Shown here piece after piece: positions 51,301-60,299 of a stretch of 64,000 bases of DNA. This DNA comes from a virus (taxonomy: Duplodnaviria; Caudoviricetes), in IMG/VR virus record IMGVR_UViG_3300021255_004360, positions 3,350 to 67,349 of that record; one strand, given 5' to 3'. The notes beneath the pieces were generated by a model that worked only from the letters and a program-made list of their open reading frames with translations, did no database searches and was not told the DNA's origin. Position 1 is the first letter of the stretch; each line of letters opens with the position of its first letter. The position numbers were made by a program, and so were the translations under genes.

Positions 51301-53600
51301 CACAACAAGCAAATGCAGTTGTTGGATACTTTGATTACCAAGCACCATCTGGTGTTACGTTTGCTGCTGCAACAGTTCCAGCATCTGGTGGAAAACCAGT
51401 TATTACACCAGATACATCAAATGCAACAACAAAAGCAAAAGCAATTTATACAAGTAAAGCATCAGGAACATCATATACAACATTAAATAACGTTACTGGT
51501 ATCACAACAGGTACTACGACAGCATTGCCAACCGTTGCAAGTAAAGGACTTGTATATACCAGTGCCGTGACAAATAACGTTGCACAAGTAACATGTTGGT
51601 ATGCTGCTGGTGGAAAAACTGGTGCGACTGTAAACGTGAAAGTCAAACAAGCAAGAAACCGTATTGCCAGTGCTAGACTTGAACAAACTGATAGCACTAA
51701 GCCATTGTATTATTTTACAGGCGATGTTCCAGCAAAAGGAAGTCATTATGTTTTACCAGGTGTTTCTAATTCACATGTTGTATATGTAATGGATAGTGGT
51801 GCGGAAGGTACAAAATCACAAATATTGAGCGTTTCGCCTACTCCATATGAATGAACGGAAACAGTAAAATATTATAGTGGTTCTGGGGAATATGATACAT
51901 ATAGTGGACCAGACTATGAAACAACTTATGGTAATGACAAGGGTACAGCCATCTCCAATCGTACACTGTTGGCTACTGTGTGGCAAAAAACTTCTTCTTT
52001 GATAAGGTATAACACTTATTCCGATGTGGTATTCAATAATTCGGGTTCACCGCTTGTGGCTGAGGCTGCTGTCTATCAAGAGGGTAATTATGTCACTGCG
52101 TTTACATGCAGTAGTGGTAGTATTAGCGTAAGTTTTCGCGGTTCAGGAACTTCGTATCGTTTTCGTGCATCAGGAGAGACGAAAGGTGACTATTATTCTG
52201 GGAATAGCCCTTATTTTAGTTTCACAAGATTTTACTTCACCAGTGGTGATTGAACATACACACAACCTTCAGCAACATATGGTATAATGCAAACAGCAGT
52301 AACATATACAATGGAAAATGGTAACGGTTTCACATTTAACCCTAATACAAAACTTTTAACAGCAGAATCAAAAGGTACAGTTGTATCGGATATCACGTCT
52401 TCAAATACTATAACTAAGTCTGCCGTTGCTACGTGAATACCGACTGCAAACTATACTCCAGCCAACATGCCAAATGGTGGACTAATCAGTTCTACCGCAA
52501 GTTCTGTTACAACTCAAGCAACGCAAGAAGCAAATGCAGCAACTTCAACTAGTGGTCGTACACTCTACGCATCTGGTATTTCTGGCTATAATTATTCGAT
52601 GACAGTAAGTTCTGATACTGGTACTACGGTAGCTAAGGCCATGCCATCTGCACAAACTGGAAGCTTTAGAATTAGTTTCACTGGCCAATGTTCAACAAAA
52701 AAATGAACACAATACCAGAAGTGAACTAAGTACACGTCAACCGCTACTGGTTATACGATACAGCCAATAGAATATTCTAGTACTACAAATACGGTAAAAG
52801 ATAGTTATGTGGCGTTACCTACAACAATTGTGACAACTGGAAACACAGCCGTTGAATCGCCAGTACATGGTACTACATCGTGAACAAGACCATATTATAG
52901 GTGTAAGAAAAATCCTACAACATCAGTAAGAACGCATGCTTTTGTTGGTTATATATTGGACCCATCTGATAGTGGTATTACCGCATATACACATCCACAG
53001 TTGTTAATTTACCAAAAGGCTGGTACTGGAACTACGAGTTGTTCACCACAATGTACATCAAATGCTTCAAGCGCAACATATTCTGGTGGCCCTTGTACTT
53101 GTAACTCAGTTGCTTGTATACAATGTACATCTGACTATTATGGGCCATGTGGCAGTCAATGTACGTGTCATGCTGTAAATTGTCAAACACAATGTGATTG
53201 TAATGGTGTTGCTTGTAGTCAATGTCTGTCAAAGGCTGCTTGTACTTGTGATAGTGAATCTTGTAGTCAATGTACTTGCAACACAGAATCTTGCGCTGGA
53301 TATTGTACTTGTGATGCTGTAACGGATACCAGTTGTACATGCAACACCGTTGGTTGTGCACAATGTACTTGTGATACTGTTGCTTGTGTACAATGTACTT
53401 GCGATGGACAAACTTGTGCTGTGTGTACGGCTGATGGCGGGTGCAAACCATATTGCTCTTGCGATACCGTATGTACTGAGACTTGGAAGAGCACTTATTG
53501 TAACGCACATCAGACACATGGATGTAACATGTACAACTGTAGTGTGTATGATGGGACAGGAACTTGTTCTTGCAACTCCGTATGCCCAACTAATAATTAA
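42348..53600 (+). CDS. Giant Thr/Ser-rich fibre-like protein with a C-terminal Cys-rich domain (3750 aa; 9 TGA)
   Basis: TGA at 42888, 50484, 51132, 51852, 52251, 52434, 52704, 52722 and 52881, all in the frame of ATG 42348; I read the gaps and found no TAA/TAG before 53598. About 120-aa modules with IPA.GG, (K/R)GTT and TQ.AN. Confidence 0.85.
43839..44590 (+). repeat. Tandem duplication of a 126-aa module
   Basis: Copies start at 43839 and 44217 (TNYSANTYTGSVTIGSGLHASGG...); about 8 amino-acid differences by manual count. Confidence 0.9.
48324..49760 (+). repeat. Four tandem modules of about 120 aa
   Basis: AN.....W.N..I.SP.GAS.GEI.A.GGSKTPT.TATQSGT...CTG.GSK.A..TYYVTQ units starting at about 48324, 48684, 49044 and 49401. 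Confidence 0.9.
53040..53600 (+). other. Cys-rich CxC-repeat domain forming the C-terminus of the giant fibre
   Basis: 42 Cys in 186 aa and 11 CxC motifs. Shares CAGYCTC, QCTSD, TCAVC and CNSV with the next gene. Confidence 0.85.
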
Positions 53601-53626
53601 ATTATAAACATATAACATAAAAAGAA

Positions 53627-54478
53627 ATGGCAAAAATTATAGATGAATACGACATCAATGATGGTATTTTGTTAGGTGCGGATGGCTGTTGTGAGGGTAT
53701 TGATATGTGCGATAAATGTGCAGACGATACATGTCTTGATTGTGACACTGATTGTTCTTGTGATAGTCAATGTACACATTGTCAGGGTGAGGGGTGCGAC
53801 TGTAATGACCCAACTGGCCCAATGGGTGAATGTGACCGTGACAATAGCTGCGCTTGTGATGGATATTGTGCTTGTGATGTTTATTGCTCAAAATGTACAG
53901 TACACACAATATGTGACTGTGATGGCGGTGTTTGCAGTTGCGATTCTGTTTGTTCTCCACAAAACGCAACCACATCTGGATATTGTACTTGTAATGGCCA
54001 ATGTACATGCAATGCAGTTTCATGCGCTCAATGTGCCTGTAATGCACAAAGCTGTACAGCACAATGTACTTGTGACGCTGTTTCGTGCACGGCTTTCTGT
54101 GATTGCGATGCTGTTTCATGTGCTGGATATTGTACATGTAATGCTAAAAGTTGTGGCCCAAAATGTACGTGTGATAGTGTTAGTTGCAGCAAATGTACAA
54201 ATCATGGTGCATGTTCCTGTGATACTGACCCTTGTCCACATTGTTTGTGTAATATTCACGTTTGTGCACAATGTACTGCAACTGAATGTACTTCACAAGC
54301 CATATGTGATTGTAACTCTGTTGGTTGTGTACAATGTACTAGTGACGGTGCATGTCCAAGCGTATGTCCAACACAGGTTATGTGTATGTGTCACGAGCAA
54401 GATACTTGCACGTGTGATGTACAATGTACTTGCCACGCTAAAACATGTGCTGTGTGTAACTGTAATGCAGAAGAATAG
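53627..54478 (+). CDS. Cys-rich repeat protein, putative radical-SAM substrate (RiPP-precursor-like; 283 aa)
   Basis: 68 Cys and 20 CxC motifs after a 20-aa Cys-free acidic N-terminus (MAKIIDEYDINDGILLGADG). A-rich start context; ends TAG; adjacent to the rSAM/SPASM gene. ORF is secure; function is inferred. Confidence 0.75.
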   Translation: MAKIIDEYDINDGILLGADGCCEGIDMCDKCADDTCLDCDTDCSCDSQCTHCQGEGCDCNDPTGPMGECDRDNSCACDGYCACDVYCSKCTVHTICDCDGGVCSCDSVCSPQNATTSGYCTCNGQCTCNAVSCAQCACNAQSCTAQCTCDAVSCTAFCDCDAVSCAGYCTCNAKSCGPKCTCDSVSCSKCTNHGACSCDTDPCPHCLCNIHVCAQCTATECTSQAICDCNSVGCVQCTSDGACPSVCPTQVMCMCHEQDTCTCDVQCTCHAKTCAVCNCNAEE

Positions 54479-54526
54479 TACTTTACTTTCAAATAATTTT
54501 GTTTTATATTATATAAAAAATAGAAT

Positions 54527-56113
54527 ATGGATGTATTTTCACAACCAGTTGGATATGCTATTAATTTTTTAGGTGGCCAACAGAAAAGAGACGATAGTGT
54601 AAAGTATCGTAGATTAAAATATTTAGTAGATGTTGATTTAGAAGATAACAGAAAAGCAATCTACAATTTGTTAACCAGTTGTGGTGTTGTTTTGAATCAA
54701 GACGAGTTGAAACAGATAGAGGATTTTAAGAAAGACTCAATTTGTGTTAACTATTTGATTGAGAATTATTTCTTCGTACCAGAGGATTATGACGAGAAGG
54801 CTGAGGTAGATAAATACAGAGAAGAATCTGTTATCAAAAAGAAAACATTCTTGGTCACACCAACTGAGTTTACTATTTTACCAACTACGGATTGTAATGC
54901 CAGATGCTTTTATTGTTTTGAGAGGGGCAAAAAAATAACCGTCATGACAATGGATATGGCAAATAAAGTTGCTGATTATATTATAGATTGTTGGAATAAA
55001 ACCAAAGAGACGATTGTTCTAAGATGGTTTGGTGGCGAACCACTATACAACATGAAAGCAATTGATGTCATTTGTAAGCGGTTAACAGAGAATGGTGTTG
55101 ATTTCAAATCAAGTATCATATCCAATGGTTATCTGTTTAGTGAGGATGTAGCAATAAAGGCTGTCAACGATTGGAAAATGACACACGCACAAATAACGTT
55201 GGATGGTACAAAAGATGTTTACAATAAAACAAAGAGTTACATTTATGATGATGAGAATCCGTTTGAGGTTATTATGCGTAACATGGAATCCATGTTGAAA
55301 GCTGGTTTCGGTATAAGCATCAGAATGAATGTTGGTACACATAACGGTGATGATTTGAAAGAGTTGGTATCATATCTTAATGAAAGGTTCAAGAATGATA
55401 TGAATCGAAAATTCTCTGTATATGCTCATCCAATATTTGAAACTGGTATGGATGATGAAACCAAGAGAACGCCAGAGGAACGTGCATTGGTTTATCAGAA
55501 ACTGGAAGAATTGGAACAACACATGAAGAGTATTGGCATTTCATTAGGTATAGGAAGGTTAGGCGGTTTAAGAACAAGACACTGTATGGTGGATGGTGGA
55601 AAAGCCATACTTATTCTACCAGATGGAAAACTTGGACTATGTGAACATTATACCGATTCTGAATATTTTGGACAACTTGGAGACGATAGAGAATCCTGGG
55701 ATTGGGGAGAGATTAAATCCTTGGTAGAACAGACAGATATGTTACCAGAATGTGGTGATTGTGTTCTTTATCCTACCTGTTATAGATTGAAGAAATGCTT
55801 GGATGAAATTTTCTGTGACAAGTATGTTGTTGATTGGACAATGAGGCGTACAATAGAGAATATCAAAGCAAAAATAAACTCATTCTATAAGAATGCGAAT
55901 AACAATTGTTCTTGTGGGAACAACCAAACACCAAGATATGATTTATATGCTGGCAAGATAGAGTTCAACAACCTTATTTCTTTTGTTATGCTCCAAGAAG
56001 CAAAAATCAAAAGAATTAGTGAGAAATTAGGCATTGATTTTAGCGATTTAGACACGGAATATAATGAAAAACAAAAGAATGTTCCGAAACAAGGAACACA
56101 AAGTCAAGAATAA
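54527..56113 (+). CDS. Radical SAM enzyme with SPASM domain, peptide-maturase type (528 aa)
   Basis: CNARCFYC (CxxxCxxC), WFGGEPL, SNGY and QITLDG. SPASM CMVDGGKAILILPDGKLGLC (C-x13-G-x4-C) then CGDCVLYPTCYRLKKC...C. About 110-aa N-terminal extension (IYNLLT...YLIENYFFVPEDYDE) sits where RRE domains usually occur. Confidence 0.92.
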   Translation: MDVFSQPVGYAINFLGGQQKRDDSVKYRRLKYLVDVDLEDNRKAIYNLLTSCGVVLNQDELKQIEDFKKDSICVNYLIENYFFVPEDYDEKAEVDKYREESVIKKKTFLVTPTEFTILPTTDCNARCFYCFERGKKITVMTMDMANKVADYIIDCWNKTKETIVLRWFGGEPLYNMKAIDVICKRLTENGVDFKSSIISNGYLFSEDVAIKAVNDWKMTHAQITLDGTKDVYNKTKSYIYDDENPFEVIMRNMESMLKAGFGISIRMNVGTHNGDDLKELVSYLNERFKNDMNRKFSVYAHPIFETGMDDETKRTPEERALVYQKLEELEQHMKSIGISLGIGRLGGLRTRHCMVDGGKAILILPDGKLGLCEHYTDSEYFGQLGDDRESWDWGEIKSLVEQTDMLPECGDCVLYPTCYRLKKCLDEIFCDKYVVDWTMRRTIENIKAKINSFYKNANNNCSCGNNQTPRYDLYAGKIEFNNLISFVMLQEAKIKRISEKLGIDFSDLDTEYNEKQKNVPKQGTQSQE

Positions 56114-56135
56114 ATTAGTTTACTGTACATTAAAT

Positions 56136-56165
56136 GGGAGTGAAGAAATTCGCTCCCTTTTTTTG
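56136..56165 (+). terminator. Intrinsic terminator closing the fibre/Cys-protein/rSAM unit
   Basis: GGGAGTGAA-GAAA-TTCGCTCCC hairpin followed by a long T run. Confidence 0.85.
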
Positions 56166-56200
56166 TTTTTATAGAAAAAATCACTATTTTTAAACATAAA

Positions 56201-56632
56201 ATGGAAGGAAAAAAACATAGCATATCTATAGGAGAAAATCTTTATAAGGATTTGAAAGAATATTGTGAACTTAATTCGTTGAAAATGAATGAGTTTGTAG
56301 AATCTTTGTTGAAAGATGCGTTTATGGTTGAGAAATATGGTGATGCACCGTTCTTTACAAAACCAAACATTAGTGAGTCAGAAGTAAAACGGGAAACAAT
56401 TGTTGCTGTTCCACTTAAATCGGATGTTGTTGACAGCAACGGTAGAATATATACGGAACAAGCAATTTCGGAAGCCCTTAAAAACTTTAAACAAGAAACA
56501 CAAATTACAGTTAACGAAAACACAGGGGAAGTGTTTTTAGACACAAACCATACATCAGTACAAGAGGTGACGATTCCAGAGAAACAAGTTACAGAAAACA
56601 AACCAAAAAGGAAAGTAACCAAATTAAAATAA
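56201..56632 (+). CDS. Hypothetical protein with a possible ribbon-helix-helix N-terminus (143 aa)
   Basis: KKHSISIGENLYKDLKEYC...MNEFVESLL fits a beta-alpha-alpha pattern. Confidence 0.5.
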   Translation: MEGKKHSISIGENLYKDLKEYCELNSLKMNEFVESLLKDAFMVEKYGDAPFFTKPNISESEVKRETIVAVPLKSDVVDSNGRIYTEQAISEALKNFKQETQITVNENTGEVFLDTNHTSVQEVTIPEKQVTENKPKRKVTKLK

Positions 56633-56635
56633 AAT

Positions 56636-59044
56636 ATGGCTAAAAAACAGCAAATAGTAATAGGAAAAAATGCTCAGGTACGTATTCAATGGAACGTATC
56701 TTCGGTAGATTACACCGATGAAAAGAAAGATGCGATAAGGGAATTATTCGCCAAAAAATACAATTTACCAGTTTCCAAGGTGAAAGTGGAGCCTAATTTT
56801 ATGACTGGTATTTGTGGTGAGGAAATATCACTTAACAAGGACACCATACAGAACATCAATGACCCGAAATTCCATCAGCAATTATATGTGCAGTATTTGG
56901 AAGATAAGAAAGCAAAGGGTGAGATTGAGGATTATGATTTGGATGAAATTTTAAAAATTGACAGCCAGATTAATACCCTTATTGATTTCAGTACTTATGA
57001 TAAAGGTAGGAGATATACTTTAAAGTGGCTTGATTGGGATAATTTTTTGGCTTTCGGTGAGGGCAACCATGTTGATTTCACGGACTTTAAAGGCTTGATT
57101 TTACTGAACAGTATTCCAGACAATCAAGGTGGTAAATCAACATTTGCTTATGACATATTACATTTCCTTTTCTTTGGTAGAACCAATTCTGGTAAGATGA
57201 AAGTGCTTGATAGGGCATTTAATCGTCATCTTCCAGAGGCTAGAAAATGTAAGGTAGAGGGGTGTATAGAAATTGATGGACTTAACTATATTATTAGGAG
57301 AACATTAACACGTAGTGCTTATAACGGTAAGAACGCTACAAGGACGGTAACGCAAAAGGTAGAGTACTTTAGAGTGCTTGATAATGGCGAGTTGGAAGAA
57401 TTGGAAGATATTGATAATCTCAATGAGCAAACCAGTGTAAAGACCACGCAAGCCATTAAGGAAGCAATCGGTAATGAAAGGGACTTCGACCTTGTTATTT
57501 CTGCTAATTCAGATAACTTGAAGGAACTTATTTCTCTTAAAGATACTGAGAGAGGCAGATTGTTAAGTCGCTGGATTGGTTTGCTCCCATTGGAAGATAA
57601 AGACATTAAAGCCCGTGAGAAATGGAATAAGGAAATCAATGTAAATCGTTATTGCACAAGATATAATAGTGAAGTCGTAAAACAGGAAATTGAAAACCTT
57701 ACTGCTCAGAACGAGGAAAACGAAAAACAAATCAAGAAATATGAGAAGATTGTTAGTGATTGTGAAGAAAAGATTAAGAAAGAAAATGTAACAAAAGATG
57801 CACTTCTTTCATCAAAGAAAACAATTGACAATAACTTGATGAAGGTTGATGTGCATACATTGGAAACGAGAATTGCTGACATCACACAACAAGGATTGAA
57901 AAAGACGGCAGAAAAAAAAGCACATGAGTCTGTTATTGAACAGATGAAAGATGTTAAAATTGTTGATGAAAACGTTTACGGTGAATTGAATAAGAAACAT
58001 CAGAAATGTGTTGAGTATATCGCTTCTTTGAAGTCTGATATTAAAAACTTGAGAGATACAAACAAAAAACTTACAGAAAGTGAATATTGTCCTACTTGTA
58101 AGAGAAAATTTGAAAATGTAGATAATAGTGCTATCGTTAAGCAAAACGAAAAACTTATATATGACAAGATTCAAGAAGGAATTATGATAAGTGAAGAAAA
58201 AAAGAATCTTGAAACAGAGTTAGCCAAACTTGATGAAGCCAGAAAACTTTATTATGAGAAGAACAAACATGAATTAGCTGTTTCGCAGTGCAATGTTGAA
58301 ATTGAGCGTCTTCGGAATGAACTTAAAGACTGTAACGCAACGAAGAAGGAGATAATAGCAAATAAGTCTGCTATTGAAGAAAACAACAAGATTGACAACG
58401 CCCTCAATATTGCAAACGCCAATATCAAAAATGAAGAAAACATTAGAACAAGCGCAAAAGAAACAATAGTTGCTTTTAAGAAAGATATTGAACGGAATAA
58501 CACAGCCATCACAGAACGACAGATTGTGATAACCAAGATAGAGGAAGAAACAAAAATCGAAAAGAACTGGAAGATATACCTTATGCTTGTTGGTAAAGAT
58601 GGCGTTGGTAAGATGGTACTTAGGCACACATTACCTATTATCAATAGCGAACTTCACAGAATTCTTGAAGATGTTTGCGATTTTGATGTTGAGGTTACTA
58701 TGAATGAGAAAAATGATGTCGATTTCATTTTAATCTGTAAAGATGATGGTGTAAGGCAAGAATTGTGTGCTGGTTCTGGTTTCGAGCAAACCGCAGCAGC
58801 ACTTGCATTGCGTGTTGTATTAGGCAACATGAGTGCTTTGTCAAAGCCTCCGTTCCTCGTCCTTGATGAAATTTTAGGTGGTGTTGCGAAGGTAAATTAT
58901 GATAATATGAGAAAACTTTACGAGAAAATTTCCCAATATTATAAATTTATAATGCAAATAACCCATTTAAGCGACATTGCTGATTGGCACGATAGAACCA
59001 TCACAATAGTCAAGAAGAATCATGTTTCCAGGGTTGAGTTGTAA
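56636..59044 (+). CDS. SbcC/Rad50/T4 gp46-like SMC-family recombination ATPase (802 aa)
   Basis: Walker A NQGGKST, coiled coils, zinc hook CPTC, signature-like GSGFEQ, Walker B LVLDEILG and H-loop ITHL. Confidence 0.9.
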   Translation: MAKKQQIVIGKNAQVRIQWNVSSVDYTDEKKDAIRELFAKKYNLPVSKVKVEPNFMTGICGEEISLNKDTIQNINDPKFHQQLYVQYLEDKKAKGEIEDYDLDEILKIDSQINTLIDFSTYDKGRRYTLKWLDWDNFLAFGEGNHVDFTDFKGLILLNSIPDNQGGKSTFAYDILHFLFFGRTNSGKMKVLDRAFNRHLPEARKCKVEGCIEIDGLNYIIRRTLTRSAYNGKNATRTVTQKVEYFRVLDNGELEELEDIDNLNEQTSVKTTQAIKEAIGNERDFDLVISANSDNLKELISLKDTERGRLLSRWIGLLPLEDKDIKAREKWNKEINVNRYCTRYNSEVVKQEIENLTAQNEENEKQIKKYEKIVSDCEEKIKKENVTKDALLSSKKTIDNNLMKVDVHTLETRIADITQQGLKKTAEKKAHESVIEQMKDVKIVDENVYGELNKKHQKCVEYIASLKSDIKNLRDTNKKLTESEYCPTCKRKFENVDNSAIVKQNEKLIYDKIQEGIMISEEKKNLETELAKLDEARKLYYEKNKHELAVSQCNVEIERLRNELKDCNATKKEIIANKSAIEENNKIDNALNIANANIKNEENIRTSAKETIVAFKKDIERNNTAITERQIVITKIEEETKIEKNWKIYLMLVGKDGVGKMVLRHTLPIINSELHRILEDVCDFDVEVTMNEKNDVDFILICKDDGVRQELCAGSGFEQTAAALALRVVLGNMSALSKPPFLVLDEILGGVAKVNYDNMRKLYEKISQYYKFIMQITHLSDIADWHDRTITIVKKNHVSRVEL

Positions 59045-59071
59045 AAATAAAAGAGGAAAGAATATGAAAAA

Positions 59072-59785
59072 ATGCCTATTAAAAAGAGAGTTGTGGTCGA
59101 TGATTATGATTCACAACAAAAAAGATATTTTGATGAAATTTCAAAAACAAAACCACTAACAAAAGAAGAAGAATTTTTACTTTGGAAAGATTATAAAGAG
59201 AACAAAAACATAGAAGCAAGAAACAAATTAGTAGAAGCAAACCTTAAGTTTGTAGCAACAATTGCCAACTCATATAGAGGACGTGGTTTATCATATTCTG
59301 ATTTAATCGCAGAAGGTAATATCGGGCTTATTAGAGCCGTAGATAAGTTTGAAGCCACGAGAGGATATAAGATGATAAGTTACTCTGTCTGGTGGATAAG
59401 ACAAGCGATATTGGAGGCCATAGAAAAAAGAAATAATATCAATGGCGATGAACTACCAAAAGATTATGAAGACCAAGTACCTGATGAAGATGAAAGCACG
59501 TATTTTAGTAAAGAAGAAACCCCTTCAAGATTCGTGGACGATGAAGATGATAAAACGGATAAAAAACAAGCAATTGCTGAGTTGTTAAATGTTTTGGATG
59601 ACCGCGAGGCTGAAATAATAACAAGATATTATGGATTACTTGAAGACCCAATAAACTTAGAGGACATTGGTAATGAGTTGAATTTAAGTAAAGAAAGGGT
59701 TAGACAAATAATGGAAAAGGGGCTAAAAAAAATGCGCAGTGCTTATATGGAACGACAAAGTTTTGTGAGGATAAACAGAAACTAA
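59072..59785 (+). CDS. Sigma-70 family RNA polymerase sigma factor (regions 1.2, 2 and 4; region 3 reduced)
   Basis: LTKEEE...[30 protein letters not shown]...[17 protein letters not shown] and [18 protein letters not shown]. Confidence 0.9.
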   Translation: MPIKKRVVVDDYDSQQKRYFDEISKTKPLTKEEEFLLWKDYKENKNIEARNKLVEANLKFVATIANSYRGRGLSYSDLIAEGNIGLIRAVDKFEATRGYKMISYSVWWIRQAILEAIEKRNNINGDELPKDYEDQVPDEDESTYFSKEETPSRFVDDEDDKTDKKQAIAELLNVLDDREAEIITRYYGLLEDPINLEDIGNELNLSKERVRQIMEKGLKKMRSAYMERQSFVRINRN

Positions 59786-59790
59786 AATTA

Positions 59791-59801
59791 AACTATTTAT
59801 A
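59791..59801 (+). promoter_or_regulatory. Putative phage late promoter AACTATTTATA
   Basis: Exact motif, 23 nt before ATG 59825. Confidence 0.6.
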
Positions 59802-59824
59802 TAATACGATAAATTTAAAAAAAC

Positions 59825-60298
59825 ATGGCAAGTAAGAAAACTACCACAAAAAAAGAAATGAAGATTGTTGATGACGTAAAAGAGACTAAAGTAGAAGAAG
59901 AAATCATTAACGATACTGAAGAAGTCAAAGAGGAAATCAAAAACGAGGAAGACACCTTGACAGAGGCTAATACAGACGAAACACCAACCACAAGTGAAAT
60001 TGTGGAAAATATGTCAGAAGCAATTGACACCTTGGGAGAAACAGAAGAAACGCAGCAAGAAGTCAATGATGTTGATGAAATTAAGAACGAGGTTGAAGAA
60101 TTGAATGATACTTTTAAAGAACTTAATGAAAGTAAAAAAGTGTTTGAAGAGAAAATCAACGCAAGTCCAGAAAAAGCCGAGGAGATTATTCAACAAGAAA
60201 TTAAAAAAGTCACCGACATTAAAAATAAGATTAAAAAAAGAAATATAGCCCAACAACGTATGACAATGTTATGGAACGGGCAAGATTTTGGAGGTTAA
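59825..60298 (+). CDS. Acidic coiled-coil hypothetical protein (157 aa)
   Basis: Glu/Lys-rich ORF downstream of the late motif. Confidence 0.65.
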   Translation: MASKKTTTKKEMKIVDDVKETKVEEEIINDTEEVKEEIKNEEDTLTEANTDETPTTSEIVENMSEAIDTLGETEETQQEVNDVDEIKNEVEELNDTFKELNESKKVFEEKINASPEKAEEIIQQEIKKVTDIKNKIKKRNIAQQRMTMLWNGQDFGG

Positions 60299-60299
60299 T

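Noticed and set aside
5388-53600. Fragmented structural ORFs as pseudogenes, frameshifts or a decayed prophage
   Set aside because: Every break is a single in-frame TGA with no frameshift and no TAA/TAG, and repeat copies have TGG at the same position.
4945-54478. TAG-to-Gln recoding as in Lak phages (code 15)
   Set aside because: TAG ends seven genes at sensible boundaries (4945, 5385, 13918, 30383, dnaJ, 37317, 54478), usually followed closely by a new ATG or a terminator.
53032-54572. Overlapping alternative-frame and antisense ORFs (53032-53589, 53229-53633, 53267-53494, 53350-53607, 53655-54137, 53676-54572)
   Set aside because: These are by-products of dense TGT/TGC repeats (shifted frames give Val/His/Thr-rich strings). 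They have no start context or recognisable motifs.
56636-59044. Degenerate ABC signature (GSGFEQ) in the SbcC-like ATPase as a novelty
   Set aside because: All other motifs are intact, and signature drift is common in phage gp46/SbcC proteins.
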